Assembly: GCA_041690395.1 (NCBI GenBank)
Contig: JAWLHJ010000002.1
Location: 32,001-96,000 of the forward strand
Direction: 5' to 3'
Length of the DNA: 64,000 bases
Origin: Longimicrobiales bacterium
GTDB lineage: Bacteria; Gemmatimonadota; Gemmatimonadetes; Longimicrobiales; Gaopeijiaceae
Of the stretch, positions 19,368-30,119 are shown one piece after another. Position 1 is the first letter of the stretch. Every line of letters starts with the position of its first letter. A program made the translations under genes and the position numbers. The notes under the pieces are model-generated. The model saw only the letters and a list, made by a program, of their open reading frames with translations, did not search any database and had not been told where the DNA came from.

Positions 19368-20831
19368 TCAAATGGAAGGAGTCCGCTGACAACGATCGCA
19401 CCGACCGCAACGGGCCGCCGCGCGCTCTCCAAAGTAACGCAGCAGGGCCCTCCGGCGGCAGCCACGGGTGCTCGCGAACTCCTTCACGGCCTTCAACTTC
19501 CCGAGCACTACCCGGCGGCGGAGCAGCAGGGGCGCCGGGTCGATGCGATGATCCACGTACGCCCACGTCCCCTGAGACCCTTCAGACCGGGCGTCGGTTC
19601 CCGGCGGGGCGTCGGTCGGCTCGACCGGCCGAACGGCGCCGAGCCGCGCCAGGGCCTCCATGATCGCGGGCGCGGCCGGCGCGTCGGCGATCCAATCCAC
19701 GGTCACCAAGCCACCCTCGCGGCCGTCGCTCCGCGCCCAGCGTCCGAGGCGCCCGAGCGCCCGCCCGAGCGTCCGCCGCGACGGGTGCGCCAGGCGGATC
19801 TTGTCCCGCGCGAAGCGGAGATCCGCGGGCGTGTAGAACGTCACGCAAGCCGAGTCGAGGCCGTCCCTCCCGGCACGCCCGGCCTCCTGGTAGTACGCCT
19901 CCAGCGTCGACGGGAGCGCCACGTGCACCACGGTCCGGACGTCGGCCTTGTCGATGCCCATCCCGAACGCGTTGGTGGCGACGACCACCCGGCATCCTCC
20001 ACCCATGAAGGTGTCCTGCACGGCCGTGCGGGCGGTGCCGGAGAGCCCGGCATGGTAGGCCTGGGCCGACACGCCGAAGCCCGCGAGCCGGTCACGGACC
20101 GACTCGACCGTCGCGCGCGTCGGCGCGTATACGATGGCGGGGCCGGGACGACGGGCCAGGAGCCGGTAGGTCGCGCGCACACGCCCGGCCATCGTCCGCT
20201 CCCGGACGACGGTCCACGACAAGTTCGGGCGGTCGAAGGAGCGCACGACCACGAGCGGCTCGCGGAGGTCGAGGCTACCGACGACGTCGTCGCGCACGTC
20301 CGGAGTGGCGGTCGCGGTCAGGGCGAGTGTCGGGCAGCCGAGGAGCGACCGGAGCCGACCGATCCTCCGGTAGCAGGGCCTGAACTCGTGACCCCACTCG
20401 GAGATACAGTGCGCCTCGTCGATGGCGAGCAAACGCACGTCGAGCCTGCGGAGCTCGTCCTGGAAGCTGTTCAGCTCGAGGCGCTCCGGGGCCACGAAGA
20501 GAATGTCGAGCCCGCCTTCCCGGGCCGCCTCCAGGATCGCCCGTTTCTCGGCGGCCGGCCGGGTGGCGCTCAGGTACTCCCCGCGGAGCCCACCGTCGAC
20601 GGCCCGCCTCACCTGGTCCTGCATCAGCGACACGAGGGGCGTGACGACGAGGGTCAGCCCACCCAGGGCCAGCGCGGGGATCTGGTAGCAGACGCTCTTG
20701 CCGCCACCGGTCGGCAACACCCCCAGCGCGTCGCGTCCGGCCAGGACCGCGCGGACGAGCTCCTCCTGACCCGGCCTGAACCCGGGAAATCCGAAGTGAC
20801 GACGCAGGAGCTCGCGGGGATCGGCGACCAT
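19368..20831 (-). CDS. RecQ family ATP-dependent DNA helicase (short, no HRDC domain)
   Basis: PTGGGKS, DEAHCISEWGHEFRP, LTATAT, ATNAFGMGIDK, YYQEAGRAGRDG; ends in the Zn site CRR...CGRCDRC. Confidence 0.92.
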   Translation of the reverse strand: MVADPRELLRRHFGFPGFRPGQEELVRAVLAGRDALGVLPTGGGKSVCYQIPALALGGLTLVVTPLVSLMQDQVRRAVDGGLRGEYLSATRPAAEKRAILEAAREGGLDILFVAPERLELNSFQDELRRLDVRLLAIDEAHCISEWGHEFRPCYRRIGRLRSLLGCPTLALTATATPDVRDDVVGSLDLREPLVVVRSFDRPNLSWTVVRERTMAGRVRATYRLLARRPGPAIVYAPTRATVESVRDRLAGFGVSAQAYHAGLSGTARTAVQDTFMGGGCRVVVATNAFGMGIDKADVRTVVHVALPSTLEAYYQEAGRAGRDGLDSACVTFYTPADLRFARDKIRLAHPSRRTLGRALGRLGRWARSDGREGGLVTVDWIADAPAAPAIMEALARLGAVRPVEPTDAPPGTDARSEGSQGTWAYVDHRIDPAPLLLRRRVVLGKLKAVKEFASTRGCRRRALLRYFGERAAARCGRCDRCQRTPSI

Positions 20832-20882
20832 GCCCCAACGTTGCGTCGGGGGCCGGGACCGGGGGATGGTGGAACGGGTCCC

Positions 20883-21116
20883 TCAGACCGCGGAGGTATC
20901 GTCTCCGGCGCTCTCGATCCCGTTCTCCGACTCCACGACTTTACCCCCGGGAAGGAAGCGGAGCATCATGCCGACGATCAGCACCCCGATCGCCGCCCAG
21001 GTCATCCAGCTCTGGTTCATCGCCATGCCGACGACAGCGAGGACCGCCCCCAGGGTGAACAGCCGCACCTTCCACTCCAGGTAGCGGCCCGCCCGGCGGG
21101 ATCGGTCGAAGAACAC
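20883..21116 (-). CDS. Small two-TM membrane protein
   Basis: GTG start 11 bp after the hydratase stop; two hydrophobic segments (LFTLGAVLAVVGMA, WAAIGVLIVGMML) and an acidic tail. Confidence 0.6.
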   Translation of the reverse strand: MFFDRSRRAGRYLEWKVRLFTLGAVLAVVGMAMNQSWMTWAAIGVLIVGMMLRFLPGGKVVESENGIESAGDDTSAV

Positions 21117-21127
21117 GTCGGCTCGGC

Positions 21128-21898
21128 CTAGCGGGAGGAGCGCTCGAGGAAGCGCCGAACGCCCGCGCGACACTCGTCGGACATGCGGGCCTCCGCGTTC
21201 ACCCGGGCCCCTCGCTCGATCCCCTCCTGCAGCGAGAGACCGTCGAGGTCGTACAGCAGCTTCTTCGTGAGCGCGACGGCGCCGGGGGGCCTCTTCGCGA
21301 GGCCCGCCAGGTATCGCCCGGATTCGGCGTCGAACGAAGCCGACTCGTAGACCCGGGTCACGAGGCCGATCCGCTCCGCCTCGGTGGCGCTGACGCGCTG
21401 GCCGTCGACGACCAGGTCGAACGCCTTCGCCTCGCCGACCTTCCGTCGCAGGATCGCCATGACCATGGCGGGCACGAAGCCGAGGTGAACCTCGGGATAC
21501 CCCAGCTCGGCGCCCTCGTCGGCCAGCACGACGTCGCACGCCGAAGCGAGCCCGCAACCGCCGGCCAGCGCCCGGCCCCGCACGAGCGCGACCACCGGAC
21601 AGCGCAGGCCGCGCATCTTCGTGAACAGCGCCCCGAGGGAGCGCGCGTCCTCCAGATTCTCGTCCTTCGAGAGCGTCGCGATCCGCTCGAGCTCGGCGAG
21701 GTCGGCGCCGGAGCAGAAGTCCTTCCCCGCCCCCGCGATGGCGACCACGCGCACGGCCCCGTCGGCTTCCGCCCGGTCGAGGCCGTCCTTGATCGCCGCG
21801 ACGAGCTCGCCGTTCAGAGCGTTCCGCTTGTCCGGACGGTTGAGCGTCAGCGTCGCGACGCCGTCCTCCACCTCGTACAGCAGGACCGGCTCGGTCAC
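21128..21898 (-). CDS. Enoyl-CoA hydratase, methylglutaconyl-CoA hydratase-like
   Basis: LNRPDKRNAL, FCSGADL, AGGCGLASACD, YPEVHLGFVPA; GTGA overlap with the upstream gene. Confidence 0.85.
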   Translation of the reverse strand: MTEPVLLYEVEDGVATLTLNRPDKRNALNGELVAAIKDGLDRAEADGAVRVVAIAGAGKDFCSGADLAELERIATLSKDENLEDARSLGALFTKMRGLRCPVVALVRGRALAGGCGLASACDVVLADEGAELGYPEVHLGFVPAMVMAILRRKVGEAKAFDLVVDGQRVSATEAERIGLVTRVYESASFDAESGRYLAGLAKRPPGAVALTKKLLYDLDGLSLQEGIERGARVNAEARMSDECRAGVRRFLERSSR

Positions 21899-22287
21899 AC
21901 GTACGCTCCCGGCTTCGGCTCCCATCCGTCCGGCACGCGACCGCGTCCACGCACGGCCTTCGCGACATCCTCGGGAACCTCGATCTCCATGCGGAGAAGC
22001 GCCGTGCTGAACACCTTCCCCTGGGCGTCGTTCATGAGCGACATGGTACCGCCGCCGCCGAGCGCGCCGTGGAGCAGGAAGTTCAGCGCGCTCAGGTTCG
22101 GAAGCTCGAAGCGCTCGACCTCCCCCTTCACCATGGGTCCGAAGAACGCCTTCACCTTCTCCGGGGTCAGCTGCTCGACCAGGAGGGGGTAATGCTCCGC
22201 GTCGTACGCGATGATGCCGACGTTGGCCGTGTCGCCCTTGTCTCCGGAACGGGCGTGGGCCAGGTGCACCAGTTGGATACGGCTCAT
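21895..22287 (-). CDS. AtuA-related small protein (AtuA C-terminal domain)
   Basis: [33 protein letters not shown]. Confidence 0.85.
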   Translation of the reverse strand: MSRIQLVHLAHARSGDKGDTANVGIIAYDAEHYPLLVEQLTPEKVKAFFGPMVKGEVERFELPNLSALNFLLHGALGGGGTMSLMNDAQGKVFSTALLRMEIEVPEDVAKAVRGRGRVPDGWEPKPGAYV

Positions 22288-23666
22288 ACGTCCTTCACCT
22301 CCACCTGCAGATGCGGCTGGACGGCCTCCTTGCGGATGAGCGCCGGCCAGTAGGCCATGATCTGTTGGACCCGCGGGCGGCCGCCGGCGAAGCCGGTCAC
22401 CGAAGGCGGGCCGGTCAGCACGAGCGGTGCGATCTCGCGCGTGAAGCGCTCCACCGCGGCGCGGTCGTCCGAACGGACGCCGACCCGGAGCTGGACTTCT
22501 GGCAGGTCCGCCGGAGGCTCACCCACGAGCGCGCCGTGGGTCGAGTCCCACCCCACGAGCTCCGTACGGACCTCGTCGAACTCGAGGCCCAGCCGGTCGA
22601 GCCGCTCCCGCAGGATCTGCGCGGCGCCGCGGGCCTTCGCCGCGGCGTCGGGCCACGAGTACGTGAGCGTGCCGGTGGCCTTCCACCCCCCTGCGTAGGC
22701 GATCGATACCTTCAGGAAGTCCGTCGCGGACCGCCCCTTCACGCCGTCCACGCGCACCCGGTTCGTTCCGACCTCGTCGAGCCGAATCGATGTGAAGTCG
22801 GCGATCACGTCGGGGGTGATGTATTCCTGGGGATCCCCCATCTCGTACAGGATCTGCTCGGCGACGGAGGCACGCGTCACCCGCCCCCCCGTGCCCTCGT
22901 GCTTGGTGACCACGAAGCTGCCGTCCGGGGAAACCTCGACGATGGGGAAGCCGAGCTCGGCCATCCCCTCGATGCTCCACCAGTCGATGAGGCAGTTGCC
23001 GCCCGTGCACTGGGCGCCGCACTCGTTGATATGCCCCGCGATGACGCCCGCGGCGATGCGGTCCCAGTCGTCGGGCGCCCAGCCGAACTCGTGCATGAGC
23101 GGCGCGTAGGTGAGCGCCGTGTCCGTGCTCCGGCCCGTGACGATAACGTCCGCGCCCTTCTCGAGCGCCTTCACGATGGGGGTCGCGCCGATGTACGCGT
23201 TCGCGCTCTGGACCTGGTCGCGGATGGTCGAGAGCGGCTCGCCGGTCTCCATGTTCCGGAGCTCGTGGCCCTGCTCGAGCAGCTCGTCCAGTCGGTCCAT
23301 CAGGTCGTCACCGGTGACGAGGCCGACCTTCGCCTTGCCGCCGACGCCGGCCGCACGGCCAGCCTCCACCAGCGCGTCGGCGCACCCGACCGGGTTCACG
23401 CCCCCGGCGTTGGTGACCACCCGCACGCCCTTCTCGACGCAGGCCGGGAAGATCCGCTCCATCAGCTCGACGAAATCGCGAGCGTATCCGGCCGACGGGT
23501 CACGGCTCCGCTGCTTCTGCATGATGGACATCGTGACCTCGGCCAGATAGTCCAGCATGAGGTAGTCGATGGGTCCTCGCTCGACCTGGCGGACGGGGGC
23601 CTCGAGGTCGTCGCCCCAGAAGCCCTGGCCGCTCGCGACGCGAACGGTTCGGTCGGTGCTGCTCAT
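22284..23666 (-). CDS. Acyclic terpene utilisation AtuA family protein (DUF1446)
   Basis: [53 protein letters not shown]. Confidence 0.9.
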   Translation of the reverse strand: MSSTDRTVRVASGQGFWGDDLEAPVRQVERGPIDYLMLDYLAEVTMSIMQKQRSRDPSAGYARDFVELMERIFPACVEKGVRVVTNAGGVNPVGCADALVEAGRAAGVGGKAKVGLVTGDDLMDRLDELLEQGHELRNMETGEPLSTIRDQVQSANAYIGATPIVKALEKGADVIVTGRSTDTALTYAPLMHEFGWAPDDWDRIAAGVIAGHINECGAQCTGGNCLIDWWSIEGMAELGFPIVEVSPDGSFVVTKHEGTGGRVTRASVAEQILYEMGDPQEYITPDVIADFTSIRLDEVGTNRVRVDGVKGRSATDFLKVSIAYAGGWKATGTLTYSWPDAAAKARGAAQILRERLDRLGLEFDEVRTELVGWDSTHGALVGEPPADLPEVQLRVGVRSDDRAAVERFTREIAPLVLTGPPSVTGFAGGRPRVQQIMAYWPALIRKEAVQPHLQVEVKDV

Positions 23667-25294
23667 GCACTCTCCGGTATGTGGAACGCTCCCACGTGGG
23701 GACCGTCATTGTTCAAGGAAGCTCTGAGAAGGAGCCCGAGCGCGGGGCGGAGCTCCTCGGCCAGCACGATCTCGTCCACGAAGCCGCGTGCGGCGGCGAA
23801 GCGGGCGTCGAGCTGGCGGTCGTACTCTTCACGGACCTCGTCCATGCGCGTCGTGAGGTCCTCGTCGGGCACCTTGCCCTCGGCCTTCAGCTTCTCGATC
23901 TGGCCGCTGAAGAGCGCCATGACCGCGCTGGAGCCCTCCATGACCCCCATCCGTCCCGTCGGGAGCGACAGGATGAAGTCGGGGTCGAAGCCCTGTCCGG
24001 CCATGGCGTAGTAGCCCGCTCCGGACGCGTGGTTCAGCGTCAGCACCAGCTTCGGCACGGTCGCGGTGGCCATGGCCTCCACGAACTGGGCGCCCGCGCG
24101 GATGATCCCCGAGTGCTCGGCGTCGGGACCGACCATGAAGCCCGAGACATCCTGCACGAAGAGGATCGGCGTCCTGTGCCGGTTCATCGTCTCGATGAAG
24201 TAGGCCACCTTGAGCGCGCTCTCCGTGTAGACGATCCCCCCGAACCGCGGCGGGCCGCCCTTGGCGCTCTTGAACATGCCGCGCGCGTTCGCGATGACGC
24301 CGACCGGGATGCCGTCGAGGAAGCCGGTTCCGCAGATCATCTCCTTGGCGTGCTCGGGCTGGAACTCGTCGAGCCCGTCGCCGTCGAGAATGCAGTCGAG
24401 CACCTCGCGGACGTCGTACGGCTGCCGGTGATCGTCGGGGAGGATGTCGTACAGCTCCTGCGGGATCCTGGCGGGCGGCGTAGCCTCACGCTCTTTCCGC
24501 TCAACCTCGACGGGCAACTCCTCCACGAGCCTCCTGAGTCGGGCGATGCACGCCTGGTCGTTCTCGACCATATAGTGCGCCACGCCGCTCACCTCGGTGT
24601 GCACACGCGCCCCGCCGAGCTCCTCCTGCCCGACGCTCTGGCCGGTGGCGCCCTTCACCAGGTTCGGACCGCCGAGCCCCATGAACGACGTGCCGTCGAC
24701 CATCAGGATGACGTCCGACAGCGCGGGCAGGTAGGCGCCGCCCGCGATGCACGGCCCCATGACCGCCGCGAGCTGCGGGATCTTGAGGTAGCGGCGCATG
24801 ATCGAGTTGTAGTAGAAGATGCGCGCCGCCCCGTACTGGCCGGGGAAAACGCCGCCCTGGTACGGGAGGTTCACGCCCGCGGAGTCCACCAGGTAGATGA
24901 TCGGGATGCGGCAGCGCATCGCGACCTCCTGGGCCCGCAGGATCTTCGTGATGGTCTCCGGCCACCAGGATCCGGCCTTCACGGTCGCGTCGTTCGCCAC
25001 CACGACGACCTCGCGACCCTCGACCCGGCCCACGCCCGTCACGACGCCGGCGCCAGGCGCCTGGCCGTCGTACTGGTCGTGCGCGACCAGCATGCCCAGC
25101 TCGACCCAGGGCTCGCCCTCGTCGAGGAGCAGGTCGATGCGCTCCCGCGCGGTCAGCTTGCCCTGGTCGTGCTGTTTGGCGATGCGCTTCGCTCCACCGC
25201 CCTCGCGCAGCTTCTCGCGGAGCTCCTTCAGCTCGGCGGAAAGCTCACCGAGCCGTCCCTTCCCTGCATTCGCCTCCGGAGCCTTCGTCGCCAT
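23663..25294 (-). CDS. Acyl-CoA carboxylase carboxyltransferase subunit (methylcrotonyl/geranyl-CoA carboxylase beta-like)
   Basis: [51 protein letters not shown]; start MATKAP overlaps the upstream TGA by 1 nt. Confidence 0.92.
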   Translation of the reverse strand: MATKAPEANAGKGRLGELSAELKELREKLREGGGAKRIAKQHDQGKLTARERIDLLLDEGEPWVELGMLVAHDQYDGQAPGAGVVTGVGRVEGREVVVVANDATVKAGSWWPETITKILRAQEVAMRCRIPIIYLVDSAGVNLPYQGGVFPGQYGAARIFYYNSIMRRYLKIPQLAAVMGPCIAGGAYLPALSDVILMVDGTSFMGLGGPNLVKGATGQSVGQEELGGARVHTEVSGVAHYMVENDQACIARLRRLVEELPVEVERKEREATPPARIPQELYDILPDDHRQPYDVREVLDCILDGDGLDEFQPEHAKEMICGTGFLDGIPVGVIANARGMFKSAKGGPPRFGGIVYTESALKVAYFIETMNRHRTPILFVQDVSGFMVGPDAEHSGIIRAGAQFVEAMATATVPKLVLTLNHASGAGYYAMAGQGFDPDFILSLPTGRMGVMEGSSAVMALFSGQIEKLKAEGKVPDEDLTTRMDEVREEYDRQLDARFAAARGFVDEIVLAEELRPALGLLLRASLNNDGPHVGAFHIPESA

Positions 25295-25710
25295 CAGGCG
25301 ACCTCCCGGGCGGCGAACCACTCGCGGATGTAGTCGATGGCGGCCGAGGTCGGGGTGCCGGGCCCGAACAGCTTGCCCATGCCCTTCTCCTCCAGTGCCT
25401 CCATGTCCTCCTCGGGAATGATGCCGCCGCCCGTCAGGAGGATGCCTTCGGCACCCGCCTCGTCGAGCAACGCCTTCACCCTGGGGAAGAGCGTCATGTG
25501 AGCTCCGGAGAGGACCGACATGGCCACCACGTCCACGTCCTCCTGGACGGCGGCGGCGACGATCATCTCGGGAGTCTGGTGCAGGCCGGTGTAGATGACC
25601 TCGAAGCCCGCGTCGCGGAAGGCGCTCGCGATCACCTTGGCGCCGCGGTCGTGGCCGTCGAGGCCGGGCTTCGCCACGAGCACTCGGATCTTGCGATCGG
25701 TGTTGGACAT
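25294..25710 (-). CDS. Cobalamin-binding small subunit of an acyl-CoA mutase (IcmB-like)
   Basis: [13 protein letters not shown] (DxHxxG), SVLSGAH, GGIIP, FGPGT. Confidence 0.95.
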   Translation of the reverse strand: MSNTDRKIRVLVAKPGLDGHDRGAKVIASAFRDAGFEVIYTGLHQTPEMIVAAAVQEDVDVVAMSVLSGAHMTLFPRVKALLDEAGAEGILLTGGGIIPEEDMEALEEKGMGKLFGPGTPTSAAIDYIREWFAAREVA

Positions 25711-25806
25711 CGGGCACGTCCCCGTGTCTAGACGTTGTGTTCGTAAGGATCGGGATGCAGCCTGGAAAGATAGGGAAAGCCGGACCGCGCGGGAATTCGG
25801 GGCGTA

Positions 25807-27039
25807 TCAGCGGTCCCGGACGTGCATCCCTTCGGCTTCCAGAGCCTCGATGATGGCATGCAGATGCTCGAGGCCGGTGGTCTCGACGATGGTGACGATC
25901 TCCACGTCTCCCACCCTGATGTCCGCGAAGGCCCTGCGGTGGCTGGTCTCCAGGACGTTCGCGCCCTGGTCCGCGAGAACCCGCGTGAGCCGTGCCAGAG
26001 ACCCGGGACGATCGGGCGCGCGGACCACGAGCCGTGCGACGCGACCGTCGGCCTCCAGCCCTCGATCGATGATCCGGGACACCCGGTTCATGTCGATGTT
26101 TCCGCCCGACAGGACCACGACCACCGGGGCGTCGTCCGGAGTGGGAATCTTCCCGGCGAGGAGCGCGGCCACCCCGACCGCTCCCGCTCCCTCCACGACG
26201 GTGCGGCCGCGCTCGAGCAGGACCAGGATCGCCGACGCGATCTCGTCTTCGCTGACGGTGACGAGGTCGTCGACGTAGCGCTCCATGAGCGGAAAGGTCC
26301 GGTCGCCGATCCGCTTGGTCGCGATGCCGTCCGCCAGCGTCGGCGCGTGGTCGATCTTCACCACGTGGCCGGCCGCTCTCGACGCGGTGGCCGACGGTAC
26401 GGCCTCGGCCTCGACGCCCACGAGGCGGACGTTCGGCCGCACGGCCTTGATGGCGATGCCGATCCCCGAAATCAGCCCGCCTCCACCGACGGGGACGACC
26501 ACGGTCGCGGCGTCGGGCACGTCCTCCAGGATCTCCAGGCCGACCGTCCCCTGACCCGCGATGACCGCGTCGTCGTCGAACGCCGACACCATGATCGAGC
26601 CCTCGCGCCGCGCGATCTCGCGGGCGATCTCCGCGCTCTCGTCGAGGATGGTGCCGGACAGCTCCACCCGGGCCCCGTACCTACGCGTGTTCGCGACCTT
26701 CACCAGAGGGGCGGCCTCGGGCATGACGACCGTCACCGGAATGCCCAGGCGACCGCCGTGGTAGGCGAGCGCCTGGGCGTGGTTTCCGGCGCTCGCCGTC
26801 ACGGCGCCCCGGCGCCGCTCGTCGTCGTCGAAACGCGCCAGCTTGTTCAGCGCGCCCCGGTCCTTGAAGGAGCCGGTGTGCTGCTGGTTCTCGAGCTTGA
26901 AATGGAGGCGGGCCGGGCTGAGGTCGGAGAAGCCCGACGCCGCGAGACACGACGTGCGCACCACCGATCCGGCGATGCGCTCGCGCGCCTCCTCGACGTC
27001 GGCCGGGGTCACCCCCGACGCCCCCCCGTTCGCGCTCAT
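25807..27039 (-). CDS. Threonine ammonia-lyase (PLP-dependent) with C-terminal ACT domain
   Basis: KLENQQHTGSFKDRGA, SAGNHAQ, GQGT, VGGGGL, SGGNID, DRPGSL; ATGA overlap with the upstream VPS10-like gene. Confidence 0.92.
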   Translation of the reverse strand: MSANGGASGVTPADVEEARERIAGSVVRTSCLAASGFSDLSPARLHFKLENQQHTGSFKDRGALNKLARFDDDERRRGAVTASAGNHAQALAYHGGRLGIPVTVVMPEAAPLVKVANTRRYGARVELSGTILDESAEIAREIARREGSIMVSAFDDDAVIAGQGTVGLEILEDVPDAATVVVPVGGGGLISGIGIAIKAVRPNVRLVGVEAEAVPSATASRAAGHVVKIDHAPTLADGIATKRIGDRTFPLMERYVDDLVTVSEDEIASAILVLLERGRTVVEGAGAVGVAALLAGKIPTPDDAPVVVVLSGGNIDMNRVSRIIDRGLEADGRVARLVVRAPDRPGSLARLTRVLADQGANVLETSHRRAFADIRVGDVEIVTIVETTGLEHLHAIIEALEAEGMHVRDR

Positions 27040-30000
27040 CCGCCCGGCGGCACGGGTACGGGCGCCGCGTCCACCAGTGGACGTCGGATGCCGAGACGGG
27101 ACAGCTCCTCCTGGAGCGCGGGCAGCTCGGTCTCCAGCAATGCGTTCAAGGAGCGGACCGCGTCCGGCATCCGCTCCCAGGCCAGATCCACGAGGAACCT
27201 CTGATCGGACGTCGGCGGTCCCCAGTGGCCTCCGGCCCCGTTCATGGCGGTACGGGCATTGCCCGCCAGATCGCCGATCCGCTCGGTCGCCTCGTCGACG
27301 CGCTCCGCCACGTCCGAGACACGCTCGTCGAGTGAGTCCGGAGCCTCGCCGTGCTCCTCGCCATACTCCTCGACGAGTGCCCGGATCTCGTCGATGGTCC
27401 GCTCCGCCTCCGACGCCGCCTCCTGGGCGGGCTCCACCTGGTGGAGCAGCGAAGCGGCGTCGACGAAGAGACGGTGCCGCTCCTGGAGGGCGACGGCCGT
27501 CGTCTCGACGCGGGGATCGAGCCGAACCTCGACATCCTGTGAGGCCCGTGCTCCGCCGGCGTCCAGGGTGACCGTATACCGGCCGGGCAGAACCGGGACC
27601 GTCGCCTCGCCGTCGAGCTCGCCCGAGAGGTCCTCGTCCAGCTCCCAGAGTACCTCGTGGGTGCCGGCGGCCGCCGGAGCGCTCAGCCGTCGGAGGGTGT
27701 CGCCCTCCATGTCCGTGACCAGGATTCGCACCGGATCCTCCTCGGCGCCGTCGGCCAGGCTGTAGCGGACGCGCGCCGCGATCGGTGGATTCTCGGCGAA
27801 CCACGTATCACCCCAGAAGGGCCATCCGCCCGTGCGGGACCAGAACGTGGCGCGCCGGATCGGGAAGAGCGTCACGTCGTCGAGCCCTGCGTTGGCCACA
27901 CGCTCGAGCGGCCGGATGTCCTCCACGATCCAGATCGAGCGGCCGTGCGTGCCGACCACGAGATCGCGCTCCCGGGGATGGATGACCAGGTCGTCGACCG
28001 GGACGGTCGGGAAGGCCCCACCGCCCGTCATCCGCGTCCAACTCTGCCCTCGGTCCGTCGAGGCGAAGAGACCGACCTCGTTGCCGACGAAGAGCAGATT
28101 CTCGGCCTCCCGGCTCTCGCGGACCACGTTGACGGAGTGACTCGGGAGCCCCGACGTGATGCGCCGCCACGACCCGCCGAAGTCCTCCGTGACGAAGACG
28201 TAGGGCGTAAGGTCGTCGTCCCAGTGTCCGTCGAAGGTGACGTACGCCCGCCCGTCGACGTGGGCGGAGGCCTCGACCCTGCTGACGTAGCGGCGTCCGG
28301 GCAGCCCCGGCACGTTCTCCACCACGTTGGTCCAGCTCGCGCCACCGTCGCGGGTCACCTGCAGGTTCCCGTCGTCGGTCCCGACCCACAGGATATCCGC
28401 CGAGCGCGGCGACTCGTCGACTGTGGTGATGGTCCCGTAGTTCGACTGTCCGTCGTTGCGGGACAGGTGCGGCTCGGAGAGCGGCCGCCCGAAGATCTCG
28501 AGCGTGTCCCGGTCGATCGCGCGCGTCAGGTCGGGGCTCGCCTCTTCCCACGTCTGTCCGCGGTCGTTCGACCGAAGCAGGTGGTTGGCGCCGTGATACA
28601 CGCGGTTCGGCACGTGCTGCGACACCACGATGGGGGCGTTCCAGTTGAAGTCGTACCCTTCCTCGGATTCCTCGCGCTCCTCGGCGCGGTTCACCGCCCG
28701 GATGCGCACGGCCTCACCGGTTTCGACGTTCACCCGGCTGATGTTCCCGCCCTGCGACTCGGAGTACATGATGCGCCAGTCGTTCGGATCGACCTGGTTG
28801 TAGAAACCGTCGCCGCCGGACACGTCGTACCAGTTCCGGTTCGAGACCCCGTAGGTGTCGAGGGTCTGGCTGGGGCCGCACCAGGAGGAGTTGTCTTGGA
28901 GGCCGCCGCACACGTAGTACGGGTCGCGCATGTCGACGCCGACCTCGTAGTACTGACCCACCGGAATGTTGTCGTGGTGCTGCCAGGTGACCGCGGCGTC
29001 CCACGAGGTGGCCACACCCCCGTCGTGGCCCAGCACGATGTGGTTGGAGTCGTCCGGGTCGATCCACAGCGCGTGGTTGTCGACGTGGATGGACCAGTAT
29101 CCGTCCTGCTCCCACCACGTCCGCCCGCCATCGTCCGAAACCTGCATGATGACGCCACCGACGTAGATGCGCTCCGGGTTGTTCGGGTCGATGCGGATGA
29201 GCGAGAAGTACATCGGGCGCGGGTTCATGCCACTCATCCGCTCCCACGTCTCGCCCCGGTCGAGCGAACGGTAGGTCCCCTGCTCCTCCGGCGTGCTCCC
29301 CTCGACCAGCGCATAAAGCAGGTTCCCGTCGCGACGGTAGACGTCGAGGCCGATCCGGCCCTTGTCGCCCTCCGGGAGTCCCTCCGTCAACTCGTGCCAG
29401 CTGTCGCCGCCGTCGAGCGTACGGTACAGTCCGCTCCCGTCGCCCGAGGCGCTGAACCCGAAGGCGGTCCGCCGGCGCTGGTACATCGTGGCGAAGATCG
29501 TGCGCGGGTCGCCCGGATCCATGACCAGGTCGATGGCACCGGTGTTCTCGTCGATGTAGAGGACCTTCTCCCACGTCTCGCCGCCGTCGACGGTCCGGTA
29601 GACACCGCGCTCTTCGTTCGGGCCCCAGAGATGCCCCACGGCCGCGACCCAGGCCACGTCGGGGTCCTGCGGATGCACGACGATCTTGCCGATGTGGTGG
29701 GTCTCCTCGAGCCCCAGGCCGACCCAGGTGCGCCCGCCGTCCACCGAGCGGTAGACGCCCCCTCCATACGGGGACGACTGCCGGTTCTGGGGCTCGCCCG
29801 TGCCGACCCAGATCACGTTCGGATTCGACGGGGCCAGCGTCACGTCGCCGATCGACGCGTTCGGCTGGTCGTCCCAGAGCGGCTCCCAGCTCATGCCGTG
29901 CGACGTGGTGCGCCAGAGTCCCCCCGACGCGAATCCGACGTACCAGTGCGCGGGGTTGTCGGGATGGACGTCGAGGTCCGCCACCCGCCCGCCCATGAGC

Positions 30001-30119
30001 GTCGGCCCGAGCTCCCGGAACGGAATCGCGTCGGCGACCCCGGCCGGCGACTGCGCGCCCGCCGGAGCCGGAGCCGTGACGACGGCCGCCAGGAGCGCGG
30101 CCAGGAGCAGCCGTGTCAT
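27036..30119 (-). CDS. Secreted VPS10/BNR-repeat beta-propeller protein (often annotated glycosyl hydrolase), copy 1
   Basis: Signal peptide MTRLLLAALLAAVVTAPAPAGAQ; repeated S/T-x-DGG-x-TW Asp-boxes; GGLQDN, GGDGF, THGRS; C-terminal coiled coil. Confidence 0.85.
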   Translation of the reverse strand: MTRLLLAALLAAVVTAPAPAGAQSPAGVADAIPFRELGPTLMGGRVADLDVHPDNPAHWYVGFASGGLWRTTSHGMSWEPLWDDQPNASIGDVTLAPSNPNVIWVGTGEPQNRQSSPYGGGVYRSVDGGRTWVGLGLEETHHIGKIVVHPQDPDVAWVAAVGHLWGPNEERGVYRTVDGGETWEKVLYIDENTGAIDLVMDPGDPRTIFATMYQRRRTAFGFSASGDGSGLYRTLDGGDSWHELTEGLPEGDKGRIGLDVYRRDGNLLYALVEGSTPEEQGTYRSLDRGETWERMSGMNPRPMYFSLIRIDPNNPERIYVGGVIMQVSDDGGRTWWEQDGYWSIHVDNHALWIDPDDSNHIVLGHDGGVATSWDAAVTWQHHDNIPVGQYYEVGVDMRDPYYVCGGLQDNSSWCGPSQTLDTYGVSNRNWYDVSGGDGFYNQVDPNDWRIMYSESQGGNISRVNVETGEAVRIRAVNRAEEREESEEGYDFNWNAPIVVSQHVPNRVYHGANHLLRSNDRGQTWEEASPDLTRAIDRDTLEIFGRPLSEPHLSRNDGQSNYGTITTVDESPRSADILWVGTDDGNLQVTRDGGASWTNVVENVPGLPGRRYVSRVEASAHVDGRAYVTFDGHWDDDLTPYVFVTEDFGGSWRRITSGLPSHSVNVVRESREAENLLFVGNEVGLFASTDRGQSWTRMTGGGAFPTVPVDDLVIHPRERDLVVGTHGRSIWIVEDIRPLERVANAGLDDVTLFPIRRATFWSRTGGWPFWGDTWFAENPPIAARVRYSLADGAEEDPVRILVTDMEGDTLRRLSAPAAAGTHEVLWELDEDLSGELDGEATVPVLPGRYTVTLDAGGARASQDVEVRLDPRVETTAVALQERHRLFVDAASLLHQVEPAQEAASEAERTIDEIRALVEEYGEEHGEAPDSLDERVSDVAERVDEATERIGDLAGNARTAMNGAGGHWGPPTSDQRFLVDLAWERMPDAVRSLNALLETELPALQEELSRLGIRRPLVDAAPVPVPPGG

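Noticed and set aside
23663..25717. Apparent 684-aa carboxyltransferase with an N-terminal extension (also the extended ORFs 25807-27804, 52153-54048 and 56269-58203)
   Set aside because: The extensions are Arg/Gly-rich off-frame reads of the upstream genes; the true starts sit at stop/start overlaps
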